Of a DNA stretch of 64,000 nucleotides, positions 1 to 10,435 are shown in pieces (the first letter of the stretch is position 1; each line of letters begins with the position of its first letter). The DNA comes from Sedimentisphaerales bacterium. GTDB lineage: Bacteria > Planctomycetota > Phycisphaerae > Sedimentisphaerales > SM23-30. The notes beneath the pieces were generated by a model, which was not told where the DNA came from, did not search any database, and saw only the letters and a list, made by a program, of their open reading frames with translations. The position numbers and the translations under genes are program-made. The stretch covers positions 127,004 to 191,003 of the forward strand of contig JANQJS010000022.1 of assembly GCA_028281535.1 (NCBI GenBank), in the 5' to 3' direction.

Positions 1-2
1 TG

Positions 3-320
3 GAATCCCCACACGAAATTTACGCAATTCTTATCTGGCGTTACCACATGCAACCTTATGTTTTCAAAGATGTCATAGTCCAAATTTCTGATGACCCGGA
101 CTTTATCACAAATGTTACAACGATTTTCAATAACGACATTGACAATTCAGCAGGTATGGGCATCGGTACAGACATGCACTACATTGAAACATCTGAAGGC
201 AAACTCATCGATGCAAAAGGAGCTAAAGGACAGTATATCCGTTGCTACAGTAATGGTAATTTTGCCAATGACATTAACTACTATATAGAAATTGAAGTTC
301 ACGGAAAACCAGCTGCATAA
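3..320 (+). CDS. C-terminal part of a discoidin/F5-8-type-C-like (galactose-binding-like) domain protein, truncated at window start
   Basis: Frame of the 48..320 ORF is open back to base 3 (ESPHEIYAILIWRYHMQPY...). Pattern 'EIYAILIWRYH..VFKDVIVQISDD..GQYIRCYS..YIEIEVHG' resembles a discoidin beta-sandwich seen in PVC bacteria. Confidence 0.55.
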   Translation, partial: ESPHEIYAILIWRYHMQPYVFKDVIVQISDDPDFITNVTTIFNNDIDNSAGMGIGTDMHYIETSEGKLIDAKGAKGQYIRCYSNGNFANDINYYIEIEVHGKPAA

Positions 321-1905
321 CAAGTATCTGTTCTGGGGACTCGTCATTGTTTGCCTGGCAATTTCCCTATGGCTAAGGGTCTATCAACTGGACCAACGTG
401 TCATGCATGGTGACGAAGCTGTACATGCCATTAAATTTGGATATCTTCTCGAAAACGACTATTATGAATATGATCCAGAAGAATATCACGGCCCAACTTT
501 AAATTATTTAACACTAATCTCAACATGGTTGCAGTCTAAATTTTCACTAGAACATTTAGACGAATTTGACCTTAGAATTATCCCTGCAATTTCTGGATTT
601 TTGTGTCTGCTGATTCTCTGTGGTTTCATGAGATTTTTGGGTAAAACAGTAACATTATTTGCATTGGCCCTATGCACATTATCACCAGCCATGGTGTTCT
701 TCAGTCGGTACTATATCCAAGAAATGCTGCTTGTATTATTTACAATGGCAGCTTTCATTTCTTTCGCATTTTATACTAAACATAAGAATTACTCGTGGGC
801 ATTTCTTTCGGGTGTCTGTATTGGACTTATGCATGCCACTAAAGAAACCTGCATAATCGCTTACGGCGCATTTTTTATCACAGGGCTCTCTCTCTTTTTT
901 CTAAATAAAAACAAGTTAAGCCAAATTGAAAAAACTAGCTCAACAATATTCGCTTGCCATGGGTTGGTCTCAATCATCACAGCTTTATTGATCTCAGCCC
1001 TCTTTTTTTCATCTTTTTTCAGTCATTCAACTGGCGTCATTGATTCTTTTGCCACATTTGAAACATACTTCCTGCGAGCACAAGATGTCAGCATGCATCA
1101 ACAACCATGGTATTATTATTTAGAGATCTTGTTTTTTACTAACATTACCGGATTCGATCTTGTCAATGGCATCACGCATCTGATTCTATTTCTCATTGGT
1201 TTATATGCAAGCCTTACCAATCGAATTCCCAAAAACGCATATCAATTCATTTTTAAAGCAATTTCCATATATACATTGCTTATACTAATAATTTATTCAT
1301 TACTACCCTATAAAACCCCATGGTGCATGCTCAACTTTTATATAGGTATACTAATTATAGCCGCATTAGGGTGCTGGGTGCTTTTTCAGATTAGATCTTT
1401 GATGTTAAAATCACTTTTTCTTTGCCTATCAATCGTTTTTCTTTCGAGTATCGCCTGGCAGTCATGGCAGTATAATTTCCTTTTAAGCAATAATCCTGAC
1501 AACCCCTTTGTTTATGCTCACCCAACCCCGGATGTTTTAACACTCTGTAATAAAGTTGAACAATATGCCAAGGCAGACCCGAAACAAAATAATATTGCCA
1601 TACAGATTATCTGTAAAGATAGCGACTATTGGCCAATGCCCTGGTATCTAAGAACTTTTCCTAATATTGGCTATTGGCCTAAGATTGAATCGTATACGAC
1701 ACCAACCCCTATTGTGATTTTTTCACCGGAATACAAATCAGAAATTATTAATCAATTTTATAATAACCGATCACCGGGAGAAAAAGACCTCTACGTACCT
1801 CTGGTAAATGAAACACTTGAATTGCGTCCAGGCATTGGAATTGATGGTATGATTACGATGGATTTAAAAAACAATTACATTCAATTAAAGTCACTTTCAC
1901 CTTAA
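292..1905 (+). CDS. TIGR03663-family (Agl23-like) GT-C/PMT-type membrane glycosyltransferase
   Basis: Polytopic membrane protein with 'HGDEAVHA', 'YDPEEYHGPTL', 'SRYYIQE', 'YKTPW' and 'YWPMPWYLR' motifs. The exact start is uncertain (TTG overlapping the upstream gene). Confidence 0.75.
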   Translation: MKFTENQLHNKYLFWGLVIVCLAISLWLRVYQLDQRVMHGDEAVHAIKFGYLLENDYYEYDPEEYHGPTLNYLTLISTWLQSKFSLEHLDEFDLRIIPAISGFLCLLILCGFMRFLGKTVTLFALALCTLSPAMVFFSRYYIQEMLLVLFTMAAFISFAFYTKHKNYSWAFLSGVCIGLMHATKETCIIAYGAFFITGLSLFFLNKNKLSQIEKTSSTIFACHGLVSIITALLISALFFSSFFSHSTGVIDSFATFETYFLRAQDVSMHQQPWYYYLEILFFTNITGFDLVNGITHLILFLIGLYASLTNRIPKNAYQFIFKAISIYTLLILIIYSLLPYKTPWCMLNFYIGILIIAALGCWVLFQIRSLMLKSLFLCLSIVFLSSIAWQSWQYNFLLSNNPDNPFVYAHPTPDVLTLCNKVEQYAKADPKQNNIAIQIICKDSDYWPMPWYLRTFPNIGYWPKIESYTTPTPIVIFSPEYKSEIINQFYNNRSPGEKDLYVPLVNETLELRPGIGIDGMITMDLKNNYIQLKSLSP

Positions 1906-2604
1906 TTGATCAATCTCGCTTAACGTGCGTTTAAGACATTGATTCATTTTCAATCGGCTATCAGGATCACATGTCCAGGTAACAGGCAACTCTTTTATTT
2001 GATAGTTTTTAGTTATAGCCATCAATAGAACCTCAATATCAAACATAAACCCATCTACATGGCTATTGGCATATAACTGACGTGCTACATCACCATCATA
2101 TATTTTAAATCCACACTGCGTATCCGTAAAAGGTCGTAATTGAGGAAATTTTCTTTTGATATAACTATTAAATATTTTTGATGTCAGTCGTCGTGAAAGT
2201 TTTTGATTTTTAATGATATTCGATTCTCTGTGCCTTCTCGTGCCATGAACTATATGGCAACCATCTGAATTGATCCAATCAATGGCTTGCAAAGCTTCCT
2301 TCAGGGGAACACAGCTTCCACTATCCACAAACATTACGACCTTACCAGCACTGGCTAAGACACCTTGCCGTACGGCAAAACCTTTTCCTTTATGTGAATC
2401 CTGCTCAAGTATCTTTAATTCATTTGAAGAATCGATTGTTTTTACAATACTAATGGTGTTATCATTGCTACCATCATCAGAGATAATTATTTCTCCAGAC
2501 ATCTTATATTGATCTAAAAAATCATTGACCAATCTAATGTCAGATTCTATTTTTCTGGCTTCATTAAAAACAGGTATAACAATTGATAAATCCATGTTGT
2601 TCAC
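1897..2604 (-). CDS. GT2 glycosyltransferase, dolichyl/polyprenyl-phosphate glucosyl/mannosyltransferase-like
   Basis: 'SIVIPVFNE', 'DDGSND', 'GKGFAVRQG', 'DTQCGFK', 'FMFDIEVL' motifs of the DPG-synthase-like family. Confidence 0.85.
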   Translation of the reverse strand: MNNMDLSIVIPVFNEARKIESDIRLVNDFLDQYKMSGEIIISDDGSNDNTISIVKTIDSSNELKILEQDSHKGKGFAVRQGVLASAGKVVMFVDSGSCVPLKEALQAIDWINSDGCHIVHGTRRHRESNIIKNQKLSRRLTSKIFNSYIKRKFPQLRPFTDTQCGFKIYDGDVARQLYANSHVDGFMFDIEVLLMAITKNYQIKELPVTWTCDPDSRLKMNQCLKRTLSEIDQLR

Positions 2605-2625
2605 AACTAATAAGTAACGACTGGC

Positions 2626-5600
2626 TTATTCATTTCTAATTGAATCTAACAACGGCCCTTTAATCGCCCATCGACTGGCTAAAGCAACCCAGAATAAACC
2701 AGAAAGAAAGATGATCACAAACGTTATAAGAATTGAGATATAAGGTACATCAGTATTATTAGAGACTAAAGAAGGTAATACGGCAACAACCGCTGAAATT
2801 ACACCAAACAGAATGCCCATTACCAGCAAAAACCAATGTTCATATAATACCAGTTTATATAGATCGCTTATCGTATATCCAAAAGCTCGCATAATGCCAA
2901 ATTCACTTCGTCGCTCTAATACATTTCTCATTACCACCACAGCTAAACCAGCACTACCTAACAATAAACCAAAACCTCCGAGTATTTGGAATATCGACAA
3001 ATATGTATTCTCGACAGCATTAAATGCGGTTAATCGTGTGACACTTTTTTGAACATCCATCCCGATATCTTGCAAGTCCCAGGCCAGTTGTTTTTCCAAT
3101 TCACTAAGTTTGTCGAATGGCGCATCGATAAGAAATTGTTGATAGCCACTTGCTGAAGGGAATTTCCTTATAAAATCATCTTCTGAGATAACTAATTGCC
3201 CCTGAAGTATTGAATTTCCAATCATGCCCACAATCAAGATATCAAATGTTCGCCCTTTTTCATCGGTATACTGTAATCGAGCATCAACCGATTTTCCTAA
3301 AGACCACCGAATCGTATTCATATCGCCGATTGCTGGAACAACATTATCGCCATAATCTTGACTTAGTAAATTCCATCCCAATGCAGGATCAGATTTTTCA
3401 GTTGTTTTCAGAAACTTAAATGAATGTCGTTGAGCTAATTGATCAGGGTTAACTCCCATTAATTTTGGCACCTGGGCTCTATTTAAATTCAGGCAACTGG
3501 CATCATCACCTTGCTTCGTTCGCCCCTGAACATAGGATACATTTTGATACATTTCAGTGTTCATACCTGAATCTTCTTGCCGATCAGGGTCGTTTAGATC
3601 ATGAAATAACGGTAGCGCACTCTGTGCATAAAAAGCAAATCCACCTGTTCCACTATTACGTTGAAAAGCCCCTTCAACCAAATCGTGTCGATTGGCCGCA
3701 ACAGCCAATACGATAAAACTACCACAAGCTAACAATATAATCACTGCCATGCTACGTCCTTGCCGCCGGGTGGTATTTCGAATCGAAAACCCTGAAAAAG
3801 TTATTAGTGTCTTTGATGCTTTCGTCAACTGTGCTTTCAAATAGGCTTGACCAAAGCACAAGCAAGCAAGTAACATTATTCCACCAACACCAAAGAACAC
3901 TCCAGCGTTTTTATGGTCGACTTGAAATCCATTCATACCTAGTAAGACCAAAGCGAGCAAAATGCAAATAACCCCGATGATTTTACTTACATAGTTACTT
4001 TTGTTAGTTAGTAATTTCATCGCATCATTATTTCCTATCAGGGATCCAGCCGTCTGCTTAAGTTGTTTTCGCACAACAAGCCATATAGAAAATAAAATAA
4101 TCAATATACTCGATACAATGCCAATTATCATGGATCTTGGTTCCATGTAAAATTGAATCGGAGCTTTGGCGATCGCATCAGACCAAACTGTCGTCAAACC
4201 ATATATTAATCCCTTTGTATAGAACACTCCGATAAAACTTCCTGCAATTGACCCAATAATGCCAAGCATGAAACCTTCCACCAGATAGATATATTTAATC
4301 GTTTTATCCCCCAGCCCGATTGATAGAAAAAGACCAGTTTGTGATTGTCTCTGCTCGATACCTAATGCAAATAACAGAGCAAGAAGTATTACAGAAGAAA
4401 CAATGATAAAGAAACTAAAACCAATAAATAATTGGCCAAAATCCATACCTTGCGTCGTGGCATTAAAAGCCTGGTCTCTAACTGGTTGAAAATGAAACCC
4501 CAAATCTTTTGGTTGAATCTTGGCTAATATTTCTTTTTCCAGTTGTTCTTTTGATATTTGACTGACATCATAGCGAATCGCCGTCATACCACCAAATCGA
4601 TTACCCCATATCTCTTGAGCAGATTCAAAAGAAATAACCGCTTTGGGTGTCCCCCGGTAGTCATCCCAATACACTTCATCTTTATCACGAATATCCTCTA
4701 AGTTAATAGGAATTCCTGGATCCCAGTCACGACAATTTTCACTATCTGAGATTCCAGGAAAATCGGGCATTAATGTTCGATCGGAAAAAACGTCCTGGTC
4801 GTCATAAATTGCAGATACCGTAAATTGTCGTTCTTTTTCGATCAGTTTTCTCATCATATCCATAACGAAATACTTGATAACAATAGGATCGCCAATCGTA
4901 GCTCCTAGATCTTCTGCTAACCATTGACTGATGTGAATTTCGTTATTTTTGATATTTTTATCATGATACAACGTGTTATCGTTCGAATCTACAGAAGCTA
5001 CTATTGAATAAGGCGTTTTCTTATCTTTGTGATTTAAATTATTAACAAAATATGAAAATATGGGCGTTGCACTTGACACTTTCTTTGCCGGTTCAGAAAG
5101 TCCAGGTTCAATAAATATACGTTTACTTCGTAGCTCCAAGCGACTATTCTTCTTGTCCTCTCGAATTTCAATTTTTGCATCATCTAAGGAAAAATGTTTT
5201 CTGAAAACGGCATCATAATCGTTAGGGATGTTTTTTTGCGACTGCCCTATTAAAAGCAAATTCGATCGATCAACTTGCTCGATCTGTTTACCCAGCCAAC
5301 TAAGATTAACAAAGGCATTCATGGGCACGACTTGATTGGCTTGTAAATTAAAGTTAGCTAAATCATCAGGTTTGATAACATCTTGGACGACTAAACGAAT
5401 CGCCAGAATGATTTCCTGATCTTCAGAGAGGGGTGCATCTCGAGGCAAATCATCGGGTTTTTCAATACGCAATAATAACTCATCTCCCTTATTAATCGCT
5501 AAATAATTTGCCAGAGACTGATTAATAACCACATGATTTTCATCTGCTAAAACATATGAAGCTTTTTTATTACTAAATTGCCAAAAAGACTTATCAACAC

Positions 5601-5928
5601 CCAGCACCTGAATATTGTTGGCGCGGAGTGATTGGTTAGGATTTATTCCCACACCACCAATACGTAATACAGAAGCAACATTACTCCCGACATCTTTTGA
5701 TATTTCTTGTGCTAGCGTAGATCGTATAAAACGATTTTCGCTATTCATGATCGTATGAATCCCGCCTAATCGTTCAAGAGCTGATTGCTTCAAACTGAAT
5801 CGAACAGAATCACCGACACTTAAAGCCCCAACGATTATAGCACAACTAACCATCGCACCAGCTAAAACCGCGAGATGGGATCGCCAATAATATTTTAGAT
5901 TATTCAGGATGAGCTGCCACTGCGTCAT
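2626..5928 (-). CDS. Large FtsX/MacB-type ABC transporter permease (duplicated, ~1100 aa)
   Basis: Two MacB-like periplasmic domains each followed by FtsX transmembrane blocks ('EQRQSQTGLFLSIG', 'ERRSEFGIMRAFG'). Start placed at ATG 5928 (MTQWQ), which has AGGAG upstream. Confidence 0.85.
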   Translation of the reverse strand: MTQWQLILNNLKYYWRSHLAVLAGAMVSCAIIVGALSVGDSVRFSLKQSALERLGGIHTIMNSENRFIRSTLAQEISKDVGSNVASVLRIGGVGINPNQSLRANNIQVLGVDKSFWQFSNKKASYVLADENHVVINQSLANYLAINKGDELLLRIEKPDDLPRDAPLSEDQEIILAIRLVVQDVIKPDDLANFNLQANQVVPMNAFVNLSWLGKQIEQVDRSNLLLIGQSQKNIPNDYDAVFRKHFSLDDAKIEIREDKKNSRLELRSKRIFIEPGLSEPAKKVSSATPIFSYFVNNLNHKDKKTPYSIVASVDSNDNTLYHDKNIKNNEIHISQWLAEDLGATIGDPIVIKYFVMDMMRKLIEKERQFTVSAIYDDQDVFSDRTLMPDFPGISDSENCRDWDPGIPINLEDIRDKDEVYWDDYRGTPKAVISFESAQEIWGNRFGGMTAIRYDVSQISKEQLEKEILAKIQPKDLGFHFQPVRDQAFNATTQGMDFGQLFIGFSFFIIVSSVILLALLFALGIEQRQSQTGLFLSIGLGDKTIKYIYLVEGFMLGIIGSIAGSFIGVFYTKGLIYGLTTVWSDAIAKAPIQFYMEPRSMIIGIVSSILIILFSIWLVVRKQLKQTAGSLIGNNDAMKLLTNKSNYVSKIIGVICILLALVLLGMNGFQVDHKNAGVFFGVGGIMLLACLCFGQAYLKAQLTKASKTLITFSGFSIRNTTRRQGRSMAVIILLACGSFIVLAVAANRHDLVEGAFQRNSGTGGFAFYAQSALPLFHDLNDPDRQEDSGMNTEMYQNVSYVQGRTKQGDDASCLNLNRAQVPKLMGVNPDQLAQRHSFKFLKTTEKSDPALGWNLLSQDYGDNVVPAIGDMNTIRWSLGKSVDARLQYTDEKGRTFDILIVGMIGNSILQGQLVISEDDFIRKFPSASGYQQFLIDAPFDKLSELEKQLAWDLQDIGMDVQKSVTRLTAFNAVENTYLSIFQILGGFGLLLGSAGLAVVVMRNVLERRSEFGIMRAFGYTISDLYKLVLYEHWFLLVMGILFGVISAVVAVLPSLVSNNTDVPYISILITFVIIFLSGLFWVALASRWAIKGPLLDSIRNE

Positions 5929-5929
5929 G

Positions 5930-7930
5930 CTACTTCTCCTGATGCAATTGCCCATGTTCCAAACGATAGACTTTGTCTAATTTATGGGCAAGTTCATTTG
6001 AATGAGTTACGATGATCATTGCAATGTGCTGTTCTTTGTTTAATTCCATTAAGAGTTGTATTAAACTTTCAGAGGTTGCTTCGTCTAACGATCCAGTGGG
6101 CTCATCTGCCAAGAGCAATTTTGGCTGATTGATCAATGCTCTAACAAAGGCAACACGTTGTCGTTCTCCCCCCGAAAGCTCACCTGGCCTATGATCCAAT
6201 CGATGCGAAAGTCCCACTCGTTCTAATAATTCATTAGCTCGTTGTTGACATTCTGGACGTGACTGTTGATTGACCAGCGTTGGTAATAACACATTTTCCA
6301 TGACCGTACATTGTGGAAGCAAATGATGCATTTGGAAAACAAAACCGATATCTGAATTTCGAATTGAGGCTTGATTTTTTTGGTCTAACATCCCCATATC
6401 TTGACCATCAAATTGGATCTGACCTGATGTTGGATGATCAAGTGCGCCTAATATATTTAATAACGTACTTTTGCCACTGCCGCTTGGCCCAATAATAGCG
6501 AGACTTTCACCTTTCTGAACCGTCAGATTAACATTAGTCAGGACTTGAGGGTTTTCTCCTGCACCTGGTGCTTCATATTGCTTTGAAATTTGTGACAAGT
6601 GAATTAACGCATTATTATGAGCCATAGTGGAATCCTTATGTGACGAGATAACTTGCTGATAAATCTGTTCTAGCTGTTTTCCCATCGTTTGTAAATCATA
6701 ATATTCTTTAATCGCCTTTTGCCCATTTGTGCTCAGTGTCTCGGCTTTAGATTTATCACTTAATACAGATTTCAAAGCATCATGAAGTGAATCAGTATTA
6801 TTGGTTTCAAAAAGCAAGCCTCCTTTTGTCAATTGAATCATTTCAGGAAAAACACCATTATCAGGTTGTACAATCGGAACACCCTGTGCCATGGCTTCCA
6901 GAGCATATAAACCATACGATTCGCCAGTTGTTTCAGGAACAGATAAAACCGTAATGGAATTAAGGAATGCCTGTCTGGATTCTGTACTAAAATCTACGAT
7001 ATACTCGACATCATTTTCAACGGCAGCCTCTTTCAATCGTTGTTTATACGATTTATTGTAATTGGCGGCTTGCAGAAATCGATCGCCACAGACTTTTAAT
7101 TTCAACGCTTTGAATTGAGGTTCTTTTTTAAGTCTCAAGAAAGCATCTATTAATAAATCAAATCCTTTATAATAGCAGGCCCTTGACAAAAACCCTATGG
7201 TCAAATCATCTTGATTTTTTGATGCGTTTTGATGTTCCATAGTAGGTAAACCTGGACGGATGGTATGAAGCTGGTTTTCTGCTAACTCTAATCGTTGCCG
7301 CATCACATCTGTGTAATAGTGACTGAAAGCGATAAATCCATTTACGCTCCTGGCTTTATTGACTGCAACCTGCCATGTTTGACTTTTATAAGGTTCAGGG
7401 AAAGCATCAAGATAATCATGCTCATCCTGAAGCATGCAAATGACAGGAATATTTAATGCACTTCGAATTTTGGGTGCCAATCCAACCAAGATGGCATTTG
7501 AAATGGTCACGAGATCGGCATCATGATGTTGACTTAGCCAGTCTACTAAACGATTTAATTCTTTTACTTGCTGACCCTGCTCTCCCTTAAGTGTTGACAA
7601 CGCAAGTTGAGCAAGATCTTTGGCACGGGTTCGACTTTCAAAACGGGTAATCCATCGCAACAATTTGGGCGAGTCTAACATTTTATCAACCCAGCGAGGT
7701 GTTTTTCGGAAAAATGAATACTTTTGTTGTAAGTAGGTATTCAAGCCCCCATAAAATATTTCATTCTGTTGTTGATTGATGGCCCCCTCTAACTTTGTTG
7801 GCATATATAATGGCACAATAATGACATCATGCCCCAATTCACGCAATACCTGAACGACATGATTATCACGAACACAATTTTCGCAATAATAATTTTCGAC
7901 ATAACCCGGCATGATATGAATAATACGCAC
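5930..7930 (-). CDS. Fusion of a GT4 (GT-B) glycosyltransferase (aa ~1-430) and a LolD/MacB-type ABC ATPase (aa ~436-666)
   Basis: GT4 motifs 'KGFDLLIDAF' and 'ESYGLYALEAMAQGVP'. ATPase motifs: Walker A GPSGSGKS, signature LSGGERQR, Walker B LLLADEPT, H-loop VTH. One continuous frame. Confidence 0.85.
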   Translation of the reverse strand: MRIIHIMPGYVENYYCENCVRDNHVVQVLRELGHDVIIVPLYMPTKLEGAINQQQNEIFYGGLNTYLQQKYSFFRKTPRWVDKMLDSPKLLRWITRFESRTRAKDLAQLALSTLKGEQGQQVKELNRLVDWLSQHHDADLVTISNAILVGLAPKIRSALNIPVICMLQDEHDYLDAFPEPYKSQTWQVAVNKARSVNGFIAFSHYYTDVMRQRLELAENQLHTIRPGLPTMEHQNASKNQDDLTIGFLSRACYYKGFDLLIDAFLRLKKEPQFKALKLKVCGDRFLQAANYNKSYKQRLKEAAVENDVEYIVDFSTESRQAFLNSITVLSVPETTGESYGLYALEAMAQGVPIVQPDNGVFPEMIQLTKGGLLFETNNTDSLHDALKSVLSDKSKAETLSTNGQKAIKEYYDLQTMGKQLEQIYQQVISSHKDSTMAHNNALIHLSQISKQYEAPGAGENPQVLTNVNLTVQKGESLAIIGPSGSGKSTLLNILGALDHPTSGQIQFDGQDMGMLDQKNQASIRNSDIGFVFQMHHLLPQCTVMENVLLPTLVNQQSRPECQQRANELLERVGLSHRLDHRPGELSGGERQRVAFVRALINQPKLLLADEPTGSLDEATSESLIQLLMELNKEQHIAMIIVTHSNELAHKLDKVYRLEHGQLHQEK

Positions 7931-7950
7931 ATGACCTCCTCTAAGTCATT

Positions 7951-9147
7951 TTAACTTTTTGGGCCAAAGGCATAGATGAACCCATCTTCACTTCCAATGA
8001 TAACCACACCTTGCGAAATGGCTGGCGAGGCTTTGATAGGTTGTCCAATTTCATAGGACCATAATAATTCACCACTAACCAGGTCAAGCATGTATAAACG
8101 ACCATCATCAGACCCAACCACGACTTTATCATCACAAATAATGGGTGAACTATCAATTTTACCACGCGTTTTATATTTCCATAGCTCACTACCGTCCAGT
8201 CGATTCAGGCAATAAACAATTCTGTCACGAGCACCAAACACGACACGTTCTCCATCAATTGCAGGCGAGGCGTAAACATCATGCTTTAATTTAAATGTCC
8301 AGACAATCTCCTGGGATTCGATATTAGCACAAATAAATTCTTTTCCATAGTGACCAATATATAGCAAGTCACCCAAAAAAGCTCCGGACCCAGCTATGTA
8401 ACTTCCTACGTCAATTCGTTGGATGGATTTGCCATCTTTGGCAGAAACGACATGGATAAATGAATCACAACCACCAAATACAATTCTCCCACGAGAGATC
8501 GCAGGTGTACCATTAATAAAATTATCTGTTTGATAGATCCATTTCATCTCACCGGTATCAGATGCGAGACAATGTAATCGGCTATCGTAACTACCAATAA
8601 GTAAATCTTTGGATTTTCCATCCTCATTTAAAATCCAATTGGCTGCTCCAAGAATTTTATCATCCGTTGAATATTTCCAAACAACCGCACCATCATCTTT
8701 ATTAAAGGCATATAAATTTCCATCACTACAACCAACATAGACCTTATCGTCTAACACTAATGGCGTTGATTCAATTTCATCTTCTGTTGTATATAGCCAT
8801 TTCTGCTGGCCTGAAACTAAATCTAACGCAACCACATTTCCATTAATACCACCAACATAAACAACCCCATCTGCTATAACTGCTGATGATAAAACCAAAT
8901 CACCTATTTCGTACTTCCATTTTAACGTAAGCTGCTGATCTAATTTACCATCCGCTTTGCCTAACAAAGATGGATTGCCACGAAACATAGGCCAATCATA
9001 ATACTTTGGTTTTGGTGGTTCGGTAACAACCTGGGCGGCAGGTTCGGTCTTTTCTTGAGTTGCAGGATCTGTTTTCTTATGACAGCCATAAAAAAACAAA
9101 CACAACGTTAACAAAAGAATAGAAATTATGTTAGATTTCTTTATCAA
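7951..9147 (-). CDS. PQQ-like (BamB-like) beta-propeller lipoprotein
   Basis: Lipobox-like 'LFFYGC', 'DWPMFRG' start of the mature domain, repeated 'A(L/F)DxxxGxxxW' blades. Confidence 0.8.
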   Translation of the reverse strand: MIKKSNIISILLLTLCLFFYGCHKKTDPATQEKTEPAAQVVTEPPKPKYYDWPMFRGNPSLLGKADGKLDQQLTLKWKYEIGDLVLSSAVIADGVVYVGGINGNVVALDLVSGQQKWLYTTEDEIESTPLVLDDKVYVGCSDGNLYAFNKDDGAVVWKYSTDDKILGAANWILNEDGKSKDLLIGSYDSRLHCLASDTGEMKWIYQTDNFINGTPAISRGRIVFGGCDSFIHVVSAKDGKSIQRIDVGSYIAGSGAFLGDLLYIGHYGKEFICANIESQEIVWTFKLKHDVYASPAIDGERVVFGARDRIVYCLNRLDGSELWKYKTRGKIDSSPIICDDKVVVGSDDGRLYMLDLVSGELLWSYEIGQPIKASPAISQGVVIIGSEDGFIYAFGPKS

Positions 9148-10429
9148 TTTTAATCCACCTTTTCGCTTTCATTTCGTATCGCGGCAAACTTCCTGACGAA
9201 ACTAATTGAACAGGTATTCTCAATAAAAACGTTTTTTGCAACTTCGCGGCTAACTCATCCACAATCTGTTCAGGTCGATCATGATTCTGATCAATTTCAA
9301 CTGAAATTAGTAGTTCAGACATATTTCTATTCTGCTGAAGCTCAACCTGATATTCAACAATGTCTTTGAACTGTCTGACGACAGATTCAATCGCTGCAGG
9401 ATATAAATTCACACCACGAACAAAAACCATATCATCTGTTCGGCCAATAATTCCACCTTCAAAGCCCATACGATGCGTTTTGCAACCCAAAGATTGATTA
9501 TCAACCAGTTTGACAATATCTCCAGTTCGATAACGAAAAAGAGGTGATCCTAGACGACCTAATGTCGTTAATACTAATTCACCAGTTTCTCCTACTTCTA
9601 CGTTTCTAAGAGATTCTGGTTCAATGACTTCAGCCAAATATTCTGGCTCAATAACTCGTAATACCCCCCTGTTTTCTGGGCACTCGTATGTTACAGGACC
9701 GACTTCTGTCATGCCATGATGATCATAGACCGTTGCCTGCCAAGCAGTCTCAATTTTTTCACGTGTTGCTGGAATGCTTGCCCCTGGTTCTCCAGCAACA
9801 ATTAATTTCTGGATGGACGTTTTACCAGGATCGATCCCTTCCTGTTGAGCCAGTTCAGCTAAACGCAGGGCATATGTAGGCGTGCAACAAAGTACCGTTG
9901 CTTGATGATCTTGGATCAATTTAAGTCGAGCTGAACTAGTAATGCCACCACCAGTCAAACACAAACACCCCATCTGCATTGCAGATTCAAATGCCAGCCA
10001 AAAACCTATAAACGGCCCAAATGAGAATGGAAATAGTATTCGATCTTTATACGACACGCCACTGGCAATATAGACTTCTTTCCAACAATCAACCATCCAT
10101 TGCCAACTTTGTGGCGTATCCAACCATCGCAAGGGTTCCCCCGTTGAACCACTGGTTTGGCAAAAACGACAGTATGCATCTAAATCAAGAAAAGAGGTTG
10201 TACCATAGGGAGGATTCAAAGTCTGATCTTGAATCAAATCCTGCTTGGTTGTAAAAGGCATCTTTGACTTAAACTCATCAAGACTTGCAATTGAAGAATC
10301 AAGCCCGGCTTGCTTGAGTTTATCGGTGTAAAACCCAGGATGTTCCAGACAAAAGCCGATGAGCTCTCTTAGCTTTTTTAACTGTTGAGCTTCAATCGCA
10401 TCTCTTGGGATATCATGGAATGCGGACAT
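9131..10429 (-). CDS. Phenylacetate-CoA ligase (PaaK)-family aryl-CoA ligase
   Basis: 'TSGSTGEP' P-loop, 'HGMTE', 'RYRTGD', 'GRTDDMVFVRGVNLYP', C-terminal 'KAKR'. Confidence 0.85.
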   Translation of the reverse strand: MSAFHDIPRDAIEAQQLKKLRELIGFCLEHPGFYTDKLKQAGLDSSIASLDEFKSKMPFTTKQDLIQDQTLNPPYGTTSFLDLDAYCRFCQTSGSTGEPLRWLDTPQSWQWMVDCWKEVYIASGVSYKDRILFPFSFGPFIGFWLAFESAMQMGCLCLTGGGITSSARLKLIQDHQATVLCCTPTYALRLAELAQQEGIDPGKTSIQKLIVAGEPGASIPATREKIETAWQATVYDHHGMTEVGPVTYECPENRGVLRVIEPEYLAEVIEPESLRNVEVGETGELVLTTLGRLGSPLFRYRTGDIVKLVDNQSLGCKTHRMGFEGGIIGRTDDMVFVRGVNLYPAAIESVVRQFKDIVEYQVELQQNRNMSELLISVEIDQNHDRPEQIVDELAAKLQKTFLLRIPVQLVSSGSLPRYEMKAKRWIKIDKEI

Positions 10430-10435
10430 GTCGGA

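Noticed and set aside
7951-9147. bamB or a true PQQ dehydrogenase
   Set aside because: Not in a bam or der/hisS context, no pqq genes seen, and several paralogs are present. The blade motif alone does not specify function.
9131-10429. Phenylacetate catabolism (paaK)
   Set aside because: No epoxidase, ring-opening or beta-oxidation genes nearby. Family-level call only.
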